Of a stretch of DNA of 64,000 nt, positions 1 through 10,447 are shown one piece after another (the first letter of the stretch is position 1; each line of letters begins with the position of its first letter). The position numbers and the translations under genes were made by a program. The stretch lies in the NCBI GenBank assembly GCA_965214825.1, contig OZ243981.1:1234567-1298566 (forward strand), given 5' to 3'. The DNA is from an uncultured Pedosphaera sp. (GTDB taxonomy: Bacteria > Verrucomicrobiota > Verrucomicrobiia > Limisphaerales > AAA164-E04). The notes beneath the pieces were generated by a model that saw nothing but the letters and a program-made list of their open reading frames with translations, searched no databases and was not told the origin of the DNA.

Positions 1-19
1 AGCGGCGGCGCGGGCGGCT

Positions 20-1630
20 TTGGATAAGGGCAATGGCGAAGCAATCACTGCGGAGGAGCTGGCGAGCTTAACCGCATTGGATGCCCGCTGGACGGAAGAG
101 TTGAGCCGCCCGAAGATTCGGAGTTTGGCCGGGTTGGAAGGGGCGGTGAACCTCGAAACGTTGGACTTGCGAGACAATGCCCCGGCCGCGCTGACTTTGC
201 CGAGCGAGTGGACAAGGCTGCGGGAACTGAGCCTCAGCAGCAACGGCTTGACGGCATTGACTCTACCAAGCGAGTGGACGCAGTTGGAAACGCTGAACCT
301 TGCTGGCAATGCCTTGACGGAGTTGACCTTGCCAACGGGCTTGGGGAGTTTGGCGTTGTTGAATCTCACGGGCAACCGGTTGAAGCAGGTGGCTGTTCCG
401 CTGGATTTCAATCTGAGTGCGCTTCAGCTCATCGGTTACTCGAAAGACTCGGTTGTTTTTTACGACTCGGCAACGGGTTTGCCGGTCTCGACAGTGGCGG
501 TAGCCGATGAGCGGGTTCGGCGTGTGATTGAGCAAGTGCTGGAGAAAAGGGCGTGGGCGCCGTTGACGGCGAAAGACTTGGGGCGAGTGGCGGCGCTGGA
601 TTTGTCAGGGCAGGGTTTGAGTGCGCTGGCTTTGCCGGGGGGGTTGACGGGTTTGGAGCGCTTGAATCTCCGGGATAACCGCTTGAGTGCGCTGACCTTG
701 CCGGGAGATTTGACGGGTTTGGCTTGGCTGGACCTGGGCAACAATCAGTTGAGCGAATTGAGCTTGCCGGAGTTGCCGGGCTTAAAGGAACTCTGGCTCC
801 ACGGCAACCGGTTGGCCGTGCTGACTCTGCCGGGCGGGTTGGCGGAGCTGGAGACTTTGAATCTGGAAGGCAACGGGTTGCGAGAGCTGAGCTTGCCAGC
901 GAGCTTAACGAACTTGCGCTGGTTGAACTTGGCGAGCAACCCTTTGACTTCGCTGACTCTGCCGGGCGGGTTGGCGAAGCTGGAGACTTTGAATCTGGAA
1001 GGCAATGCATTGCGAGAGCTGAGCTTGCCTGTGGGTTTGGCGAACTTGCGCTGGTTGAACTTGGCGAGCAACCCTTTGGCTTCGCTGACTTTGCCGGCGG
1101 GTTTGGTGAAGCTGGAGACGCTGAACCTGGAAGACAACGGGTTGCGAGAGCTGAGCTTGCCTGCGGGCTTGACGAACTTGCGCTGGTTGAACTTGGCGAG
1201 CAACCCTTTGGCTTCGCTGACTTTGCCGGCGGGTTTGGTGAAGCTGGAGACGCTGAACGTGGAAGGCAATGCGTTGCGGGAGTTGAGCTTGCCGGTTGGC
1301 TTGAAGAGTCTGGTGGCGCTGAACGTGGGGGGCAATCCGTTGGAGCGGTTGCTGGCGTCTGCGGATATGTCGATCGCGAATCTGCAGCTGTTCGGTTATG
1401 CGAAGGGGGCGATTGAGTTTTACGAGCCGGCGGTTCCAGTGGGGCGCATGGCGATAAAGAGGCTGGCAGAAGGTGGCGTGTCGATACGGTGGAGTGGGGG
1501 CATTCTGCAATCGACGGAAGAAGTGGATGGGATATGGGAAGAAGTGGGAGGGGTGTCGTCTCCGTTGCGCATACAGGAGGCGCAAGTGCGGGCGGTCTCG
1601 GCTCGATTCTTCCGCCTGCGCCCGGAATGA
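20..1630 (+). CDS. Leucine-rich-repeat (LRR) protein, probably 5'-truncated by the window edge
   Basis: The 536-aa ORF is built from LxxLxLxxNxL units (LETLNLEGNxLRELSLP..NLRWLNLASNPLxSLTLP). The listed start is TTG and the frame stays open back to nt 2, so the true start may lie upstream of the window. Confidence 0.75.
   Translation: MDKGNGEAITAEELASLTALDARWTEELSRPKIRSLAGLEGAVNLETLDLRDNAPAALTLPSEWTRLRELSLSSNGLTALTLPSEWTQLETLNLAGNALTELTLPTGLGSLALLNLTGNRLKQVAVPLDFNLSALQLIGYSKDSVVFYDSATGLPVSTVAVADERVRRVIEQVLEKRAWAPLTAKDLGRVAALDLSGQGLSALALPGGLTGLERLNLRDNRLSALTLPGDLTGLAWLDLGNNQLSELSLPELPGLKELWLHGNRLAVLTLPGGLAELETLNLEGNGLRELSLPASLTNLRWLNLASNPLTSLTLPGGLAKLETLNLEGNALRELSLPVGLANLRWLNLASNPLASLTLPAGLVKLETLNLEDNGLRELSLPAGLTNLRWLNLASNPLASLTLPAGLVKLETLNVEGNALRELSLPVGLKSLVALNVGGNPLERLLASADMSIANLQLFGYAKGAIEFYEPAVPVGRMAIKRLAEGGVSIRWSGGILQSTEEVDGIWEEVGGVSSPLRIQEAQVRAVSARFFRLRPE
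833..1320 (+). repeat. About 3.7 near-identical 132-bp (44-codon) tandem repeats inside the LRR gene
   Basis: The block GGLAxLETLNLEGNxLRELSLPxxLxNLRWLNLASNPLxSLTLP recurs with only a few nucleotide differences per unit. Confidence 0.8.
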
Positions 1631-1657
1631 GCCGCTTGGCTGTTCGGCCGCTATTTC

Positions 1658-1706
1658 GGGCAGACAAGAAGTGGGTTAAAACCACTCTTACGAGTGTCTG
1701 CCCCAC
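1658..1706. repeat. Short copy (core module only) of the dispersed palindromic repeat family
   Basis: gggcagacaagaagtgggtt...ccactcttacgagtgtctgccccac. ggcagaca and tgtctgcc form an inverted repeat. The same modules occur at 33.5, 34.7, 35.1 and 35.5 kb. Confidence 0.6.
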
Positions 1707-1727
1707 ATTGATGGGGCGGGTTGCGGG

Positions 1728-3644
1728 ATGGCGCGTGTATTTTTGATTTTTCGTTTTAGCTGGCCTTATGTCCGGGGGTATCGGTGGCGTCTTTACGGGG
1801 CGATTTTGGCGGGCGTGATGTTTGGTGTGTCGAATGCCGGCGTTCTTTGGCTGACAAGGACGGTGATTGAACGGTTGGGGGCGGGGGAGTCTGCGGCGGA
1901 GCGGGCGGTTGTTTCCGGGGCTGAGCCGCTTTCGGAGGCGTCGTTTGTGAAGCGCTCTTTCCCGCGGGCGGCGTCGGCGTTGGAGTCGGTGGCTGCTTCG
2001 GTAGGGGACGCTGTTTCTGGGGTTGTGGACCGTTGGTTTCCGAAGGCAGGGGATCCGGTGACGGTTTTTCAGCTTTTAGGGGCGTTACTGGGGCTGCCGC
2101 TTTTGGTGTCCATCCGCAGTGGCGGGGAGTATTTGAGCGCTTATTGGATGTCGTGGGTGGGGGAGAGGGTGGTGAATGATTTGCGGGTGGAGGTGTTGGA
2201 GAAGTTGAGTCAGTTGTCGTTGAGTTATTTCAACCGGGCGAAGATGGGAGATATGATCACTCGGATCAACGGCGATACGTTGATGCTGCAGCAGTGCATT
2301 AGCCACGGGGTTCGGCATAGCGTGACGGATCCGGTGACGATTGTGGCGGTTTTTCTGACGCTTGTTTTCATTGATTGGCAGATGATGTTGGGGGCGGTTG
2401 TGTTGTTGCCTGTGTGTCTGTTGCCGGTGGTGATTTTCGGGCGTAAGGCGCGGCGGGCATCGGCGGAGCGGGTGAAGGCTGGGGTGACGCAGTCGAGTTT
2501 GATTGTCGAGATGTTGTCGGCGATTCGGGTGGTGAAGGCCTTTGCGTTGGAAGAGCGGGAGGTGAGGCGCTTTCGCCGGCTGTCTAGGCAGTTTTTCGGC
2601 CATACGATGAAGGGGGTGCGTTCACAGGAGATTGTGGGGCCGATTATTGAGACGGCGTCGATGGTGGCGGTGGGCGCTCTCATTGTGTTTGTGGCGCATA
2701 CCGAGCGGCGCGTTTCGGATTTGATGGTCTTTTTTCTGGGCCTAATTATGTTTTACATGCCGGTGAAGAAGCTGGCCAGGCTGCATGTTTTGTTCGAGCA
2801 GACGAGCGTGGGCGTTGGCCGTCTGCGGGGGATTTTGGCGGAAAGGCCCGAAGTGCAGGACTCGCCTCGGGCTGTCTCGGTTCGGGGGTTCACGGAGAGC
2901 ATCCGGTTCGAGAATGTTTCTTTCGCCTACAGAGAGAGGCCGGTTTTGCAGGAGGTTGATTTGACAATTCCGCGCGGTCTGAAGTTGGGCATTGCCGGCG
3001 AGAGCGGTTCCGGGAAAAGCACGTTGATTCATCTGCTCTTCCGCTTTTTCGATCCAACCGCCGGCGCCGTCCGGTTCGATGGGGCGGATTTGCGCGAGCT
3101 GAAGATACAGGATTGCCGCAAGCTGTTGGCTCTCGTCAGTCAAGATGTGGTGGTTTTCGATCAATCCGTTGCCGAGAACATCCGCTGCGGCCGGCTGGAC
3201 GCCACGCGGGAAGAAATCGTCGAAGCTGCGCGGCAAGCTCATGCTGCCGATTTCATTGGGAAACTAGAAGCAGGCTTTGAGACCCGGCTGGGAGAGCGGG
3301 GCGTTTCCTTGTCTGGCGGGCAACGCCAGCGAATCGCCATTGCCCGTGCCTTTGTCAGAAACGCGCCCATTTTGGTGTTGGACGAAGCGACTGCTGCTCT
3401 GGATGCGAAGTCGGAGGCGGAAGTCCAGGCGGCCATCGACGCGCTGGCGGCTAATCGAACTGTCATTTGCATTGCGCACCGGCTTTCCACGCTTCAGGTG
3501 ATGGACGAAATTGTCGTGCTCGAAGAAGGCCGCATTGCCGAGCGGGGTTCTTATCCATCGCTTCTGTCGCAGGGCGGCATCTTCGCCGGCATGGCCCGGC
3601 GGCAAGGGATTGAGGCCCGGCCGGGGTGGGGGTTGCTGGGCTAG
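1728..3644 (+). CDS. ABC transporter, fused permease/ATPase (MsbA-like lipid/multidrug exporter)
   Basis: N-terminal hydrophobic half, then Walker A 'GESGSGKST', signature '[14 protein letters not shown]' and Walker B '[12 protein letters not shown]'. ATG start at 1728. Confidence 0.85.
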   Translation: MARVFLIFRFSWPYVRGYRWRLYGAILAGVMFGVSNAGVLWLTRTVIERLGAGESAAERAVVSGAEPLSEASFVKRSFPRAASALESVAASVGDAVSGVVDRWFPKAGDPVTVFQLLGALLGLPLLVSIRSGGEYLSAYWMSWVGERVVNDLRVEVLEKLSQLSLSYFNRAKMGDMITRINGDTLMLQQCISHGVRHSVTDPVTIVAVFLTLVFIDWQMMLGAVVLLPVCLLPVVIFGRKARRASAERVKAGVTQSSLIVEMLSAIRVVKAFALEEREVRRFRRLSRQFFGHTMKGVRSQEIVGPIIETASMVAVGALIVFVAHTERRVSDLMVFFLGLIMFYMPVKKLARLHVLFEQTSVGVGRLRGILAERPEVQDSPRAVSVRGFTESIRFENVSFAYRERPVLQEVDLTIPRGLKLGIAGESGSGKSTLIHLLFRFFDPTAGAVRFDGADLRELKIQDCRKLLALVSQDVVVFDQSVAENIRCGRLDATREEIVEAARQAHAADFIGKLEAGFETRLGERGVSLSGGQRQRIAIARAFVRNAPILVLDEATAALDAKSEAEVQAAIDALAANRTVICIAHRLSTLQVMDEIVVLEEGRIAERGSYPSLLSQGGIFAGMARRQGIEARPGWGLLG

Positions 3645-4657
3645 AGGAGTTTGGCTTGGCCGGCGTTTGGCGGGGAGAGGCCAAGTTTTTCGTAGCTGAT
3701 TTGGGTGACGGTTCGGCCTTGGGGGGTTCGTTTGAGGTAGCCTCCCATGATGAGGTAGGGTTCGTAGACTTCTTCGAGGGTGTCGGGCTCTTCGCCAACG
3801 GCGACGGCAAGGGAGTTGATGCCGACGGGGCCGCCGTCGAAGCGGAGGATGATGGCTTCGAGGATGCGTTTGTCCATTTCGTCGAGTCCGTTTTCGTCGA
3901 TGTCGAGCATGGCCAGGCCTTGGTCGGCGATGGATTTGGTGATGCGGCCGTCGTGGCGGACTTGGGTGTAGTCGCGGACTCTGCGGAGGAGGTTGTTGGC
4001 GATGCGGGGGGTGCCTCGGCTGCGGCGGGCGATTTCCCAGGCGCCGTTTTCTTCAACGGGGAGGTTGAGGAGGCGGGAGGAGCGGCGGACGATGTGCTGG
4101 AGTTGTTCGGCGGTGTAGTAGTCGAGACGTTCTTTGATAGGGAAGCGGCTGAGGAGGGGGCCGGAGAGGAGGCCGCTGCGTGTGGTAGCGCCGACGAGGG
4201 TGAAGCGGGGGAGGTTGATGCGGACGCTGCGGGCATTGGGGCCTTGGTCGATGATGATGTCTAGTTTGAAGTCTTCCATGGCCGGGTAGAGGTATTCTTC
4301 AATGTTTTTTTGCAGGCGATGGATTTCGTCGATGAACAGCACATCTCCCGATTCGAGATTGGTGAGGAGGCCGGCGAGGTCGCCCGCTTTTTCAATGGTG
4401 GGGCCGCCGGTGCTTTTGAGACCGGCGTTCATGGCTTTGGCGATGATGTTGGCCAAGGTGGTTTTGCCCAGGCCGGGCGGCCCGTTGAGGAGGATATGGT
4501 CAAGGATGTCGCCGCGTTTTTTGGCGGCGGCAACGGCGATTTCCAGCCGTTCTTTGACTTTGTGTTGTCCGGTGAAATCGGAGAACAACGAAGGGCGGAG
4601 GGAGAGTTCGAGTGTCGCATTGGGTTGGTTGAGGGAGTCTAGCGGCCGCGCTGCCAT
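3641..4657 (-). CDS. ruvB: Holliday junction branch-migration helicase RuvB
   Basis: '[11 protein letters not shown]', '[11 protein letters not shown]', 'LFIDEIHRL' and '[16 protein letters not shown]'. The ORF runs to 4765, but the family-typical start is the internal Met at 4657 (MAARPLD...). Confidence 0.9.
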   Translation of the reverse strand: MAARPLDSLNQPNATLELSLRPSLFSDFTGQHKVKERLEIAVAAAKKRGDILDHILLNGPPGLGKTTLANIIAKAMNAGLKSTGGPTIEKAGDLAGLLTNLESGDVLFIDEIHRLQKNIEEYLYPAMEDFKLDIIIDQGPNARSVRINLPRFTLVGATTRSGLLSGPLLSRFPIKERLDYYTAEQLQHIVRRSSRLLNLPVEENGAWEIARRSRGTPRIANNLLRRVRDYTQVRHDGRITKSIADQGLAMLDIDENGLDEMDKRILEAIILRFDGGPVGINSLAVAVGEEPDTLEEVYEPYLIMGGYLKRTPQGRTVTQISYEKLGLSPPNAGQAKLL

Positions 4658-4765
4658 GGCCGGCAATGATGGGAGGAGGCAAAGCGCTCGGCAAGGGCAA
4701 AGTCGCTTTCCGGGCGCTGCTGCTGCGGGCGGGGCGGCCTTGCCCGCAGAGAAGGCGTTGGACAA

Positions 4766-5188
4766 TTGTTGAACTCGACTCTAGAAGAAAGCGAGATGGA
4801 TTCGCAAAAACTGTTCCAAGCCGCTTTTCCTTTCGCCAAAGATGTGCTCGCTTTGCCTGTGGAAGACATGGATCAAGCGGCGAAATGGTACAGCAATGCG
4901 TTCGGGCTCAAAGAGGTGGAGAGACGGGACGTTCCGGTGCCGACGGTGATTCTTGAACGGGACGGTGTTCGGCTTGGGTTCGCCGTCAACGGCGGCGACG
5001 CAGCCAACGAAGGCGCGGCGATTCTGGTTGCCGACATCCGCCAAGCTCGCGCGGAACTGGAAGCCAAAGGCGTCAAGACAAGCAACTGGCGCGTGGATGA
5101 ACGGGACGGCAAGAAGTATCAGGTGTTCTTTGTCGCCGCGCCGGATCGACTCTGTTACTACTTTCATCAACCGCTCGAAAACGCATGA
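4766..5188 (+). CDS. VOC / glyoxalase-bleomycin-resistance family protein
   Basis: 140-aa ORF with a glyoxalase-like pattern ([17 protein letters not shown]..., GFAVNGGD..., YFHQP). An alternative ATG at 4796 is possible. Confidence 0.6.
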   Translation: MLNSTLEESEMDSQKLFQAAFPFAKDVLALPVEDMDQAAKWYSNAFGLKEVERRDVPVPTVILERDGVRLGFAVNGGDAANEGAAILVADIRQARAELEAKGVKTSNWRVDERDGKKYQVFFVAAPDRLCYYFHQPLENA

Positions 5189-5273
5189 AGGCGCCGCCGG
5201 AATGGTGTTTTCAGGACTCGTCAATCGCGGCAAGTTTTGGCATTCTGCGGCGTTTGACAATGCAACAGATTCC

Positions 5274-6287
5274 ATGCCTGACGCCATGAAGAACGCTCTG
5301 AACCCAGTTTCTCCGAAGGATGCCCCCGCCTCAAACCCGCCTCGCCAAAGCCTTTGCCGCGCGTGGTCGCGCCGCGAGTTTTTGACTCTCTCCGCTGCGG
5401 CTGCGTCGGCGGCGGGTTGTGTTTCGATTCCGGGGCGGCCTGCCGCAGACGCCCGCTCGGTCAAGCTGGGGATTTCGACTTACTCTTATTGGCATTTTGA
5501 AGCCGAGAAGTATCCCATTGAGCGGGTCATTGACCACGCCGCCGAGCTGGGCGTTGAGGGCGTGGACATCCTGCATCAGCAAATGGCGGCAGAGACGCCG
5601 GCTTATCTGCAAAAGCTCAAGCGACATGCCTTCCTCAACGGCGTGGACCTCATTGCGCTTTCGATTCATCAGGACTTTGTGGACCCCGATCCCGAAGTAC
5701 GCCAAAAGCACATCGACCACACCATCCGCTGCATGGAGTTAGCGCACGCGTTGGGTGTTCCTTGCATCCGCCTCAACTCTGGCCGGTGGAACACGATTGC
5801 GTCCTTTGATGACTTGATGGCCGCTCGGGGGGTGGAGCCGATCCTTCCCGGCCGCACTGAGGCCGAGGGCTTTCAATGGTGCATTGATTGCATTGAACGC
5901 TGCTTGCCGGTGGCGGAATCGCTGGGCGTCGCCCTCGCCCTCGAAAACCATTGGGGGCTGACGCGGACGCCGGAAGGCTTGCTGCGGATTGTCAACGCCA
6001 TTGAATCGCCTTGGCTTGGCGTGCTCATGGACACCGGCAACTTTCTGGAAAACCCTTATCCGAAACTCGAAGCCATCGCTTCCGAAACTATCTTCGTGCA
6101 AGCCAAAACTTATCCCGGTGGCGGCAAATGGTACACGCTGGATTTGGATTACGTTCGCATTGCCCGCATCTTGAAAGACGCCGGCTATTCCGGCTATGTC
6201 TCGTTGGAAATGGAAGGCAAAGTGCCCGCCGCAACCGCCGTTCCGGAAAGCATTGCGATGTTGCGGGCGGCCTTCGGCAGCGTCTGA
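5274..6287 (+). CDS. Sugar phosphate isomerase/epimerase (xylose-isomerase-like TIM barrel) with a Tat-type signal
   Basis: 'SRREFLTLSAAAASAAGC' is a twin-arginine-like leader. 'ALENHWG' and 'MDTGNF' are typical of the AP-endonuclease-2/xylose-isomerase-like fold. The ORF's upstream extension (from 4953) overlaps the VOC gene and was discarded. Confidence 0.7.
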   Translation: MPDAMKNALNPVSPKDAPASNPPRQSLCRAWSRREFLTLSAAAASAAGCVSIPGRPAADARSVKLGISTYSYWHFEAEKYPIERVIDHAAELGVEGVDILHQQMAAETPAYLQKLKRHAFLNGVDLIALSIHQDFVDPDPEVRQKHIDHTIRCMELAHALGVPCIRLNSGRWNTIASFDDLMAARGVEPILPGRTEAEGFQWCIDCIERCLPVAESLGVALALENHWGLTRTPEGLLRIVNAIESPWLGVLMDTGNFLENPYPKLEAIASETIFVQAKTYPGGGKWYTLDLDYVRIARILKDAGYSGYVSLEMEGKVPAATAVPESIAMLRAAFGSV

Positions 6288-6294
6288 GCGTTTC

Positions 6295-8331
6295 ATGCCG
6301 GGAGCGAGGGACTCAAAGGGCGCTGCGGAGCGGGCGACGGCGGCTTCTATTGCCTTGGCTCAACTCCCCGGTGTGGGCAACCTGCGGGCGACGCGGCTTC
6401 AAAAACTCCGGCTGCATACCTTGGAAGACCTCTTCCTCTGCCGCCCCAAACGCTACGAAGACCGCCGAACCTTTCTCGACATTGCCCAGGCGCGTGCGGA
6501 AATGCCGGCCGTCTTCAAGGGAACGGTGCAGACGGTTATGCTCAAGCAAATCTCTCACCGCCGCCTTTCCCTGCTCGAACTCCGGCTCAGAGACGCATCG
6601 GGAGAGCTCACCTGCCGCTGGTGGAATCAACCCTATCTGGCGCGGCAATTTCAAACGGGCATGCCGCTGCTGATTTATGGCAAACCAGCGGTGGGAGAAA
6701 AAACGATCATCGACCAACCGGAAGTCGAATGGGTTTCCGGCGGCGATGACGATGCGATTCATCTGAACCGGATCGTCCCCATCTACCCCCTCACCAAAGG
6801 GGTTCAACAACGGTGGTTGCGCGTCCTGGTTTGGCAGGCTTTGGAGAACCACGCCGACTGCCTGAAGGAACGCGACTTCGGGATGCCGTTGAACTCCCCG
6901 CTCAAGCGCATCGAAGCCGTGCGCTGTCTGCACTTTCCCGACGATATGGAACAAACCCGCGCCGCCCGCCTGCACTTCGCGCGGGAAGAATTGCTCGGCT
7001 TTCAACTGGATTTGCAATCGCGCCGCTTGCGTTTCCTCCAGCGAGCCCAAGCGCCACCGTGCCGGGCCAGTGAAGGCCAGCTTCAGGTCTTCTTGCAACA
7101 ACTCCCCTTCGTGCTGACCGAGGCACAACAGCGCGTTGTCCGGGAAATTCAGCACGACTTGAGCCGCTCCGTTCCCATGCGCCGCCTGCTGCAAGGGGAT
7201 GTCGGCTCCGGCAAAACCGTTGTGGCCGCCGCTGCCGCCGTAGCCGTGATTGCCAGCGGTTATGATGTGGCCTTCATGGCGCCTACAGAGTTGTTGGCGC
7301 AACAGCATTGCCGCACTTTGAGTGACCGGTTGGCAGCTCTGCCCATTTTGCCGAGCTTGCTCATCGGCGGCGCCAAGAAAAGAACGCCACCGCCCTCGCC
7401 CGCCTTGACTGTTGGCACTCACGCCCTTTTGGAAGACGCCTATCAACCCCTCCGGCTCGGCTTGGCCATCATCGACGAACAGCACCGTTTCGGCGTGGAC
7501 CAACGCAACCGCTTGCTCCACAAAGGCCGTTACCCCCATCTCCTCACCATGACCGCCACACCCATCCCCCGCTCGCTGGGGCTCACCCTCTACGGCGAAC
7601 TGGAACATTCCATCCTCGACGAACTCCCCCCACAACGCGGCACTCTGAAAACCTACGTCCGCTCCGCCGACCGCCTGAGCCGCATCTGGGACTTTCTCCG
7701 CCAAAAACTCGGAGAAGGCCGCCAAGCATATGTGGTCTATCCCCGAATCGAAGAAGCGCCCGGCACCCTCAAATCCCTGCAATCCGAATTCCGCAAAATC
7801 GAACAAACCGTCGCGCCCTTCAAAGCCGATTGGATACACGGCCAACTCCCACGGGAAACCGCCGCCCGCGTGATGGCTGGTTTCCGCGACAACCACATCC
7901 AAGTACTCGTGGCTACCACCATGATCGAAGTGGGCGTCGATGTCCCCAACGCCACCATCATGCTCGTTGAAAACGCCGAACAATTCGGCCTGGCCCAACT
8001 CCACCAAATCCGAGGCCGAATCGGGCGCGGCGCCCGCGACTCCCACTGCATCCTCATCTCCCGCGAACAAACCGAAACCGCGCGGCAACGCCTCAAAATC
8101 CTCGAAGCCACCCGCGACGGATTCGCCATCGCCGAACACGACCTAAAACTGCGCGGCCCCGGCGAGTTCCTGGGCAAGCAACAAAGCGGCCTCCCGCAGT
8201 TCCGATTCAGCGACTTGATCCGAGACGCCCACCTGCTTCGCGAAATCCGCGCCGCCGTGCGAGCGCATCTCGGCATTGAATCTCCTCTCGAAGCCGAACC
8301 TCCCGGCGGCGAGCTCTTCGCCGGTCGTTGA
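6295..8331 (+). CDS. recG: ATP-dependent DNA helicase RecG
   Basis: 'GDVGSGKT', 'IIDEQHRFG', 'LTMTATPIPRSL' and 'LHQIRGRIGRG'. The start was placed at the internal ATG 6295, just after the upstream gene's stop. Confidence 0.9.
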   Translation: MPGARDSKGAAERATAASIALAQLPGVGNLRATRLQKLRLHTLEDLFLCRPKRYEDRRTFLDIAQARAEMPAVFKGTVQTVMLKQISHRRLSLLELRLRDASGELTCRWWNQPYLARQFQTGMPLLIYGKPAVGEKTIIDQPEVEWVSGGDDDAIHLNRIVPIYPLTKGVQQRWLRVLVWQALENHADCLKERDFGMPLNSPLKRIEAVRCLHFPDDMEQTRAARLHFAREELLGFQLDLQSRRLRFLQRAQAPPCRASEGQLQVFLQQLPFVLTEAQQRVVREIQHDLSRSVPMRRLLQGDVGSGKTVVAAAAAVAVIASGYDVAFMAPTELLAQQHCRTLSDRLAALPILPSLLIGGAKKRTPPPSPALTVGTHALLEDAYQPLRLGLAIIDEQHRFGVDQRNRLLHKGRYPHLLTMTATPIPRSLGLTLYGELEHSILDELPPQRGTLKTYVRSADRLSRIWDFLRQKLGEGRQAYVVYPRIEEAPGTLKSLQSEFRKIEQTVAPFKADWIHGQLPRETAARVMAGFRDNHIQVLVATTMIEVGVDVPNATIMLVENAEQFGLAQLHQIRGRIGRGARDSHCILISREQTETARQRLKILEATRDGFAIAEHDLKLRGPGEFLGKQQSGLPQFRFSDLIRDAHLLREIRAAVRAHLGIESPLEAEPPGGELFAGR

Positions 8332-8346
8332 CACCCTCCCGCCGCC

Positions 8347-9345
8347 TCACAGCTTCAAGCGATAAAACAACAAAGGAGCCGCCAGCGACACCAGCGCCCC
8401 GGTTACCAAGCCATGCAAATAATCCGCCAAAAGCGCCGCCGCCAAAGGCCAATCCGCCATGCCTTCCCCCCGCCACCAATGCCACCCCGTAAAGCCGTAA
8501 GGAGCAAGCAACGCCCCTCCCAGCAAAAAACGCAGTGCCCGTTCCCGCCAATCACGGGCATTGCGATCCCGCTTCAACACCACTAAAATTCGATACCCGC
8601 CAAAAAAACCAAACCCCATCCCAGCCAGCAAAAACGAAGAATGCAAACGGAACGGACGGATGGGGCCGTCCTCTGGCCGCTTCTCCAAAGCCATGGAAAC
8701 CCACTCCGCCGGCAACTCGAAATCAGCAACCCACCAACGCATCCCCGCCGCCGCCGCACATATGCTGACAGAACAAAAAAACAACGCCAGCAACTGCCTC
8801 CCCGGCGCCAACGCCAAAAAACGCGCTTTCATCCGCGCTTCCAGCCAAGAGGAAAACCGCAAAAACGCCAGCCCCAAACCGATGCCCGTCACCACCTGAG
8901 CCATCGAATGAACACCCAAATAAACCCGAGAAACCCCAACTCCCAAAAAAATCCCCCCGCACAAAACCCACAACCACCGCCGATTGGCAGAACCCAGCCG
9001 GCACAAAAGCTGCCACTGCCGCGCCAATTCCCCCCACACCGCCGCCGCCGTCAACGCATGTCCCGACGGCATCCCGAAGCCGTCCGACTTGGCAAGCCCC
9101 CGGACTTCCGGCTCCACCCAATACGGGCGGGGCATATGAAACGCCAGCTTCAAAACCCCCGCCAGCCAGGAACACGCCAAATTCGCCAACCAAACCCGGC
9201 TCATCGCTCCATAATCCCAACACCAATACAACCCGGCCAACAGCACATTCAAACCCAGCGAAGGCCCAAAATCGCTCCACCCCCGGAACAACCAATCCAG
9301 CGAAGCGCCGCTCTCCTGCAGCCAAATCGCAAACTCCGTTTCCAT
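8347..9345 (-). CDS. PAP2-family membrane phosphatase
   Basis: Acid-phosphatase motifs 'KLAFHMPRP', 'PSGHA' and 'SRVYLGVHSMAQV' within a multi-TM protein. Confidence 0.8.
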   Translation of the reverse strand: METEFAIWLQESGASLDWLFRGWSDFGPSLGLNVLLAGLYWCWDYGAMSRVWLANLACSWLAGVLKLAFHMPRPYWVEPEVRGLAKSDGFGMPSGHALTAAAVWGELARQWQLLCRLGSANRRWLWVLCGGIFLGVGVSRVYLGVHSMAQVVTGIGLGLAFLRFSSWLEARMKARFLALAPGRQLLALFFCSVSICAAAAGMRWWVADFELPAEWVSMALEKRPEDGPIRPFRLHSSFLLAGMGFGFFGGYRILVVLKRDRNARDWRERALRFLLGGALLAPYGFTGWHWWRGEGMADWPLAAALLADYLHGLVTGALVSLAAPLLFYRLKL

Positions 9346-9522
9346 CTCTGCGTTTGAGACGGGTTATCCCGCTTACTCCCCGGCGACGCAAACCTTTTTC
9401 TCAAAACGCCAACCGCCCCGCCCAACGCAAAGGGACGCCACAAAGAAAGGGGTTGACGCCATCCCCGACTCTTGGTTAATTATTGCCGTAACTTAGTTTT
9501 AACCCAGAATATTCTTGACACC

Positions 9523-10356
9523 ATGAAAGTAATCATCGATAGCCCGCTCAACGGCTCAACGGCTCAACGGCTCAACAAGGGGTTTACGCTCATTGAACTT
9601 TTGGTCGTCATCGCGATTATTGCGATTTTGGCAGGCATGCTACTCCCTGCCTTATCCAAGGCCAAAGCCAAGGCACAAGAAGTCACGTGCATGAACAACC
9701 TGAAACAGTTGGGCATCGCCTTTGCCATGTATCTCAGCGACTACGAGGACACCTTCCCCGGAGTGGCCTCGCGCGGCGCCTACAACCCGCAACGCGAGGA
9801 TTGGATTTTCTGGAACCTGAACCGCGGTGGCGCCAACGGCATGACCAAGGAGTTCATCAACGACCCCCGCAACAGCGCCATCGCTCCCTACATCGGCAGC
9901 TTCACCACCAACCTCTTTCGCTGCGCCTCTGACAAGGACTGGGAAAAACGGCGGGAAGCGCGAAGGAGTCAAGGAGATGCCAACATCTATTCCTACTCCA
10001 TGGTGAGCTACGTTCCGGGCGGCAAGAATCACGGCCCCGGTTCCATTCTAGATCCCCCGCAAGTCCGCCCTTTCAAATATACCAGCATCAAAATGCCGAC
10101 GCAGAAAATGGTCATCGTCGATGAAAACGGCGATCCGAATAACGGCATCCCCTTCATTGACGACGGCCGCTTCACACCCAACAACTGGCTCGCCGCCCGG
10201 CACCGCATCCCCCGCGGCCAAAAACCAAACAATGAAACGGATTACAAGGAACGCGGCCGGGGCAACGTATTGCTGGCAGATTGGCACGTCGAATCTTACT
10301 CCCCCGGCCAAGCCAAAGAACTCAAACACTACGACACGCAATGGACGGGAAATTAG
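9523..10356 (+). CDS. Prepilin-type N-terminal cleavage/methylation domain protein (pseudopilin-like)
   Basis: '[34 protein letters not shown]' is the class III signal/N-methylation motif. ATG at 9523. Confidence 0.85.
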   Translation: MKVIIDSPLNGSTAQRLNKGFTLIELLVVIAIIAILAGMLLPALSKAKAKAQEVTCMNNLKQLGIAFAMYLSDYEDTFPGVASRGAYNPQREDWIFWNLNRGGANGMTKEFINDPRNSAIAPYIGSFTTNLFRCASDKDWEKRREARRSQGDANIYSYSMVSYVPGGKNHGPGSILDPPQVRPFKYTSIKMPTQKMVIVDENGDPNNGIPFIDDGRFTPNNWLAARHRIPRGQKPNNETDYKERGRGNVLLADWHVESYSPGQAKELKHYDTQWTGN

Positions 10357-10447
10357 CGCCGGCCTGAGCCTCCCCTTGATAAAAGCCCGGTTTGCCTGGC
10401 TGGGTTTTGGGGTTGCCCATTTCGCGCCCTCCCTTTAGCCTCCCCAT

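Noticed and set aside
429-1706. A 425-aa minus-strand ORF, plus several others over 200..1585, antisense to the LRR gene.
   Set aside because: It has a Pro/Ser/Ala/Arg-rich low-complexity translation and mirrors the tandem repeats of the plus-strand LRR gene. This is a typical high-GC shadow ORF.
6313-8139. A 608-aa ORF antisense to recG. Similar long antisense ORFs lie at 49799..51745 (clpC), 18310..19638 (membrane protein), 36489..37337 (exonuclease) and 37570..38328/38256..39014 (mutS).
   Set aside because: These have no recognisable motifs and a biased composition, and each is fully covered by a well-supported gene on the other strand.
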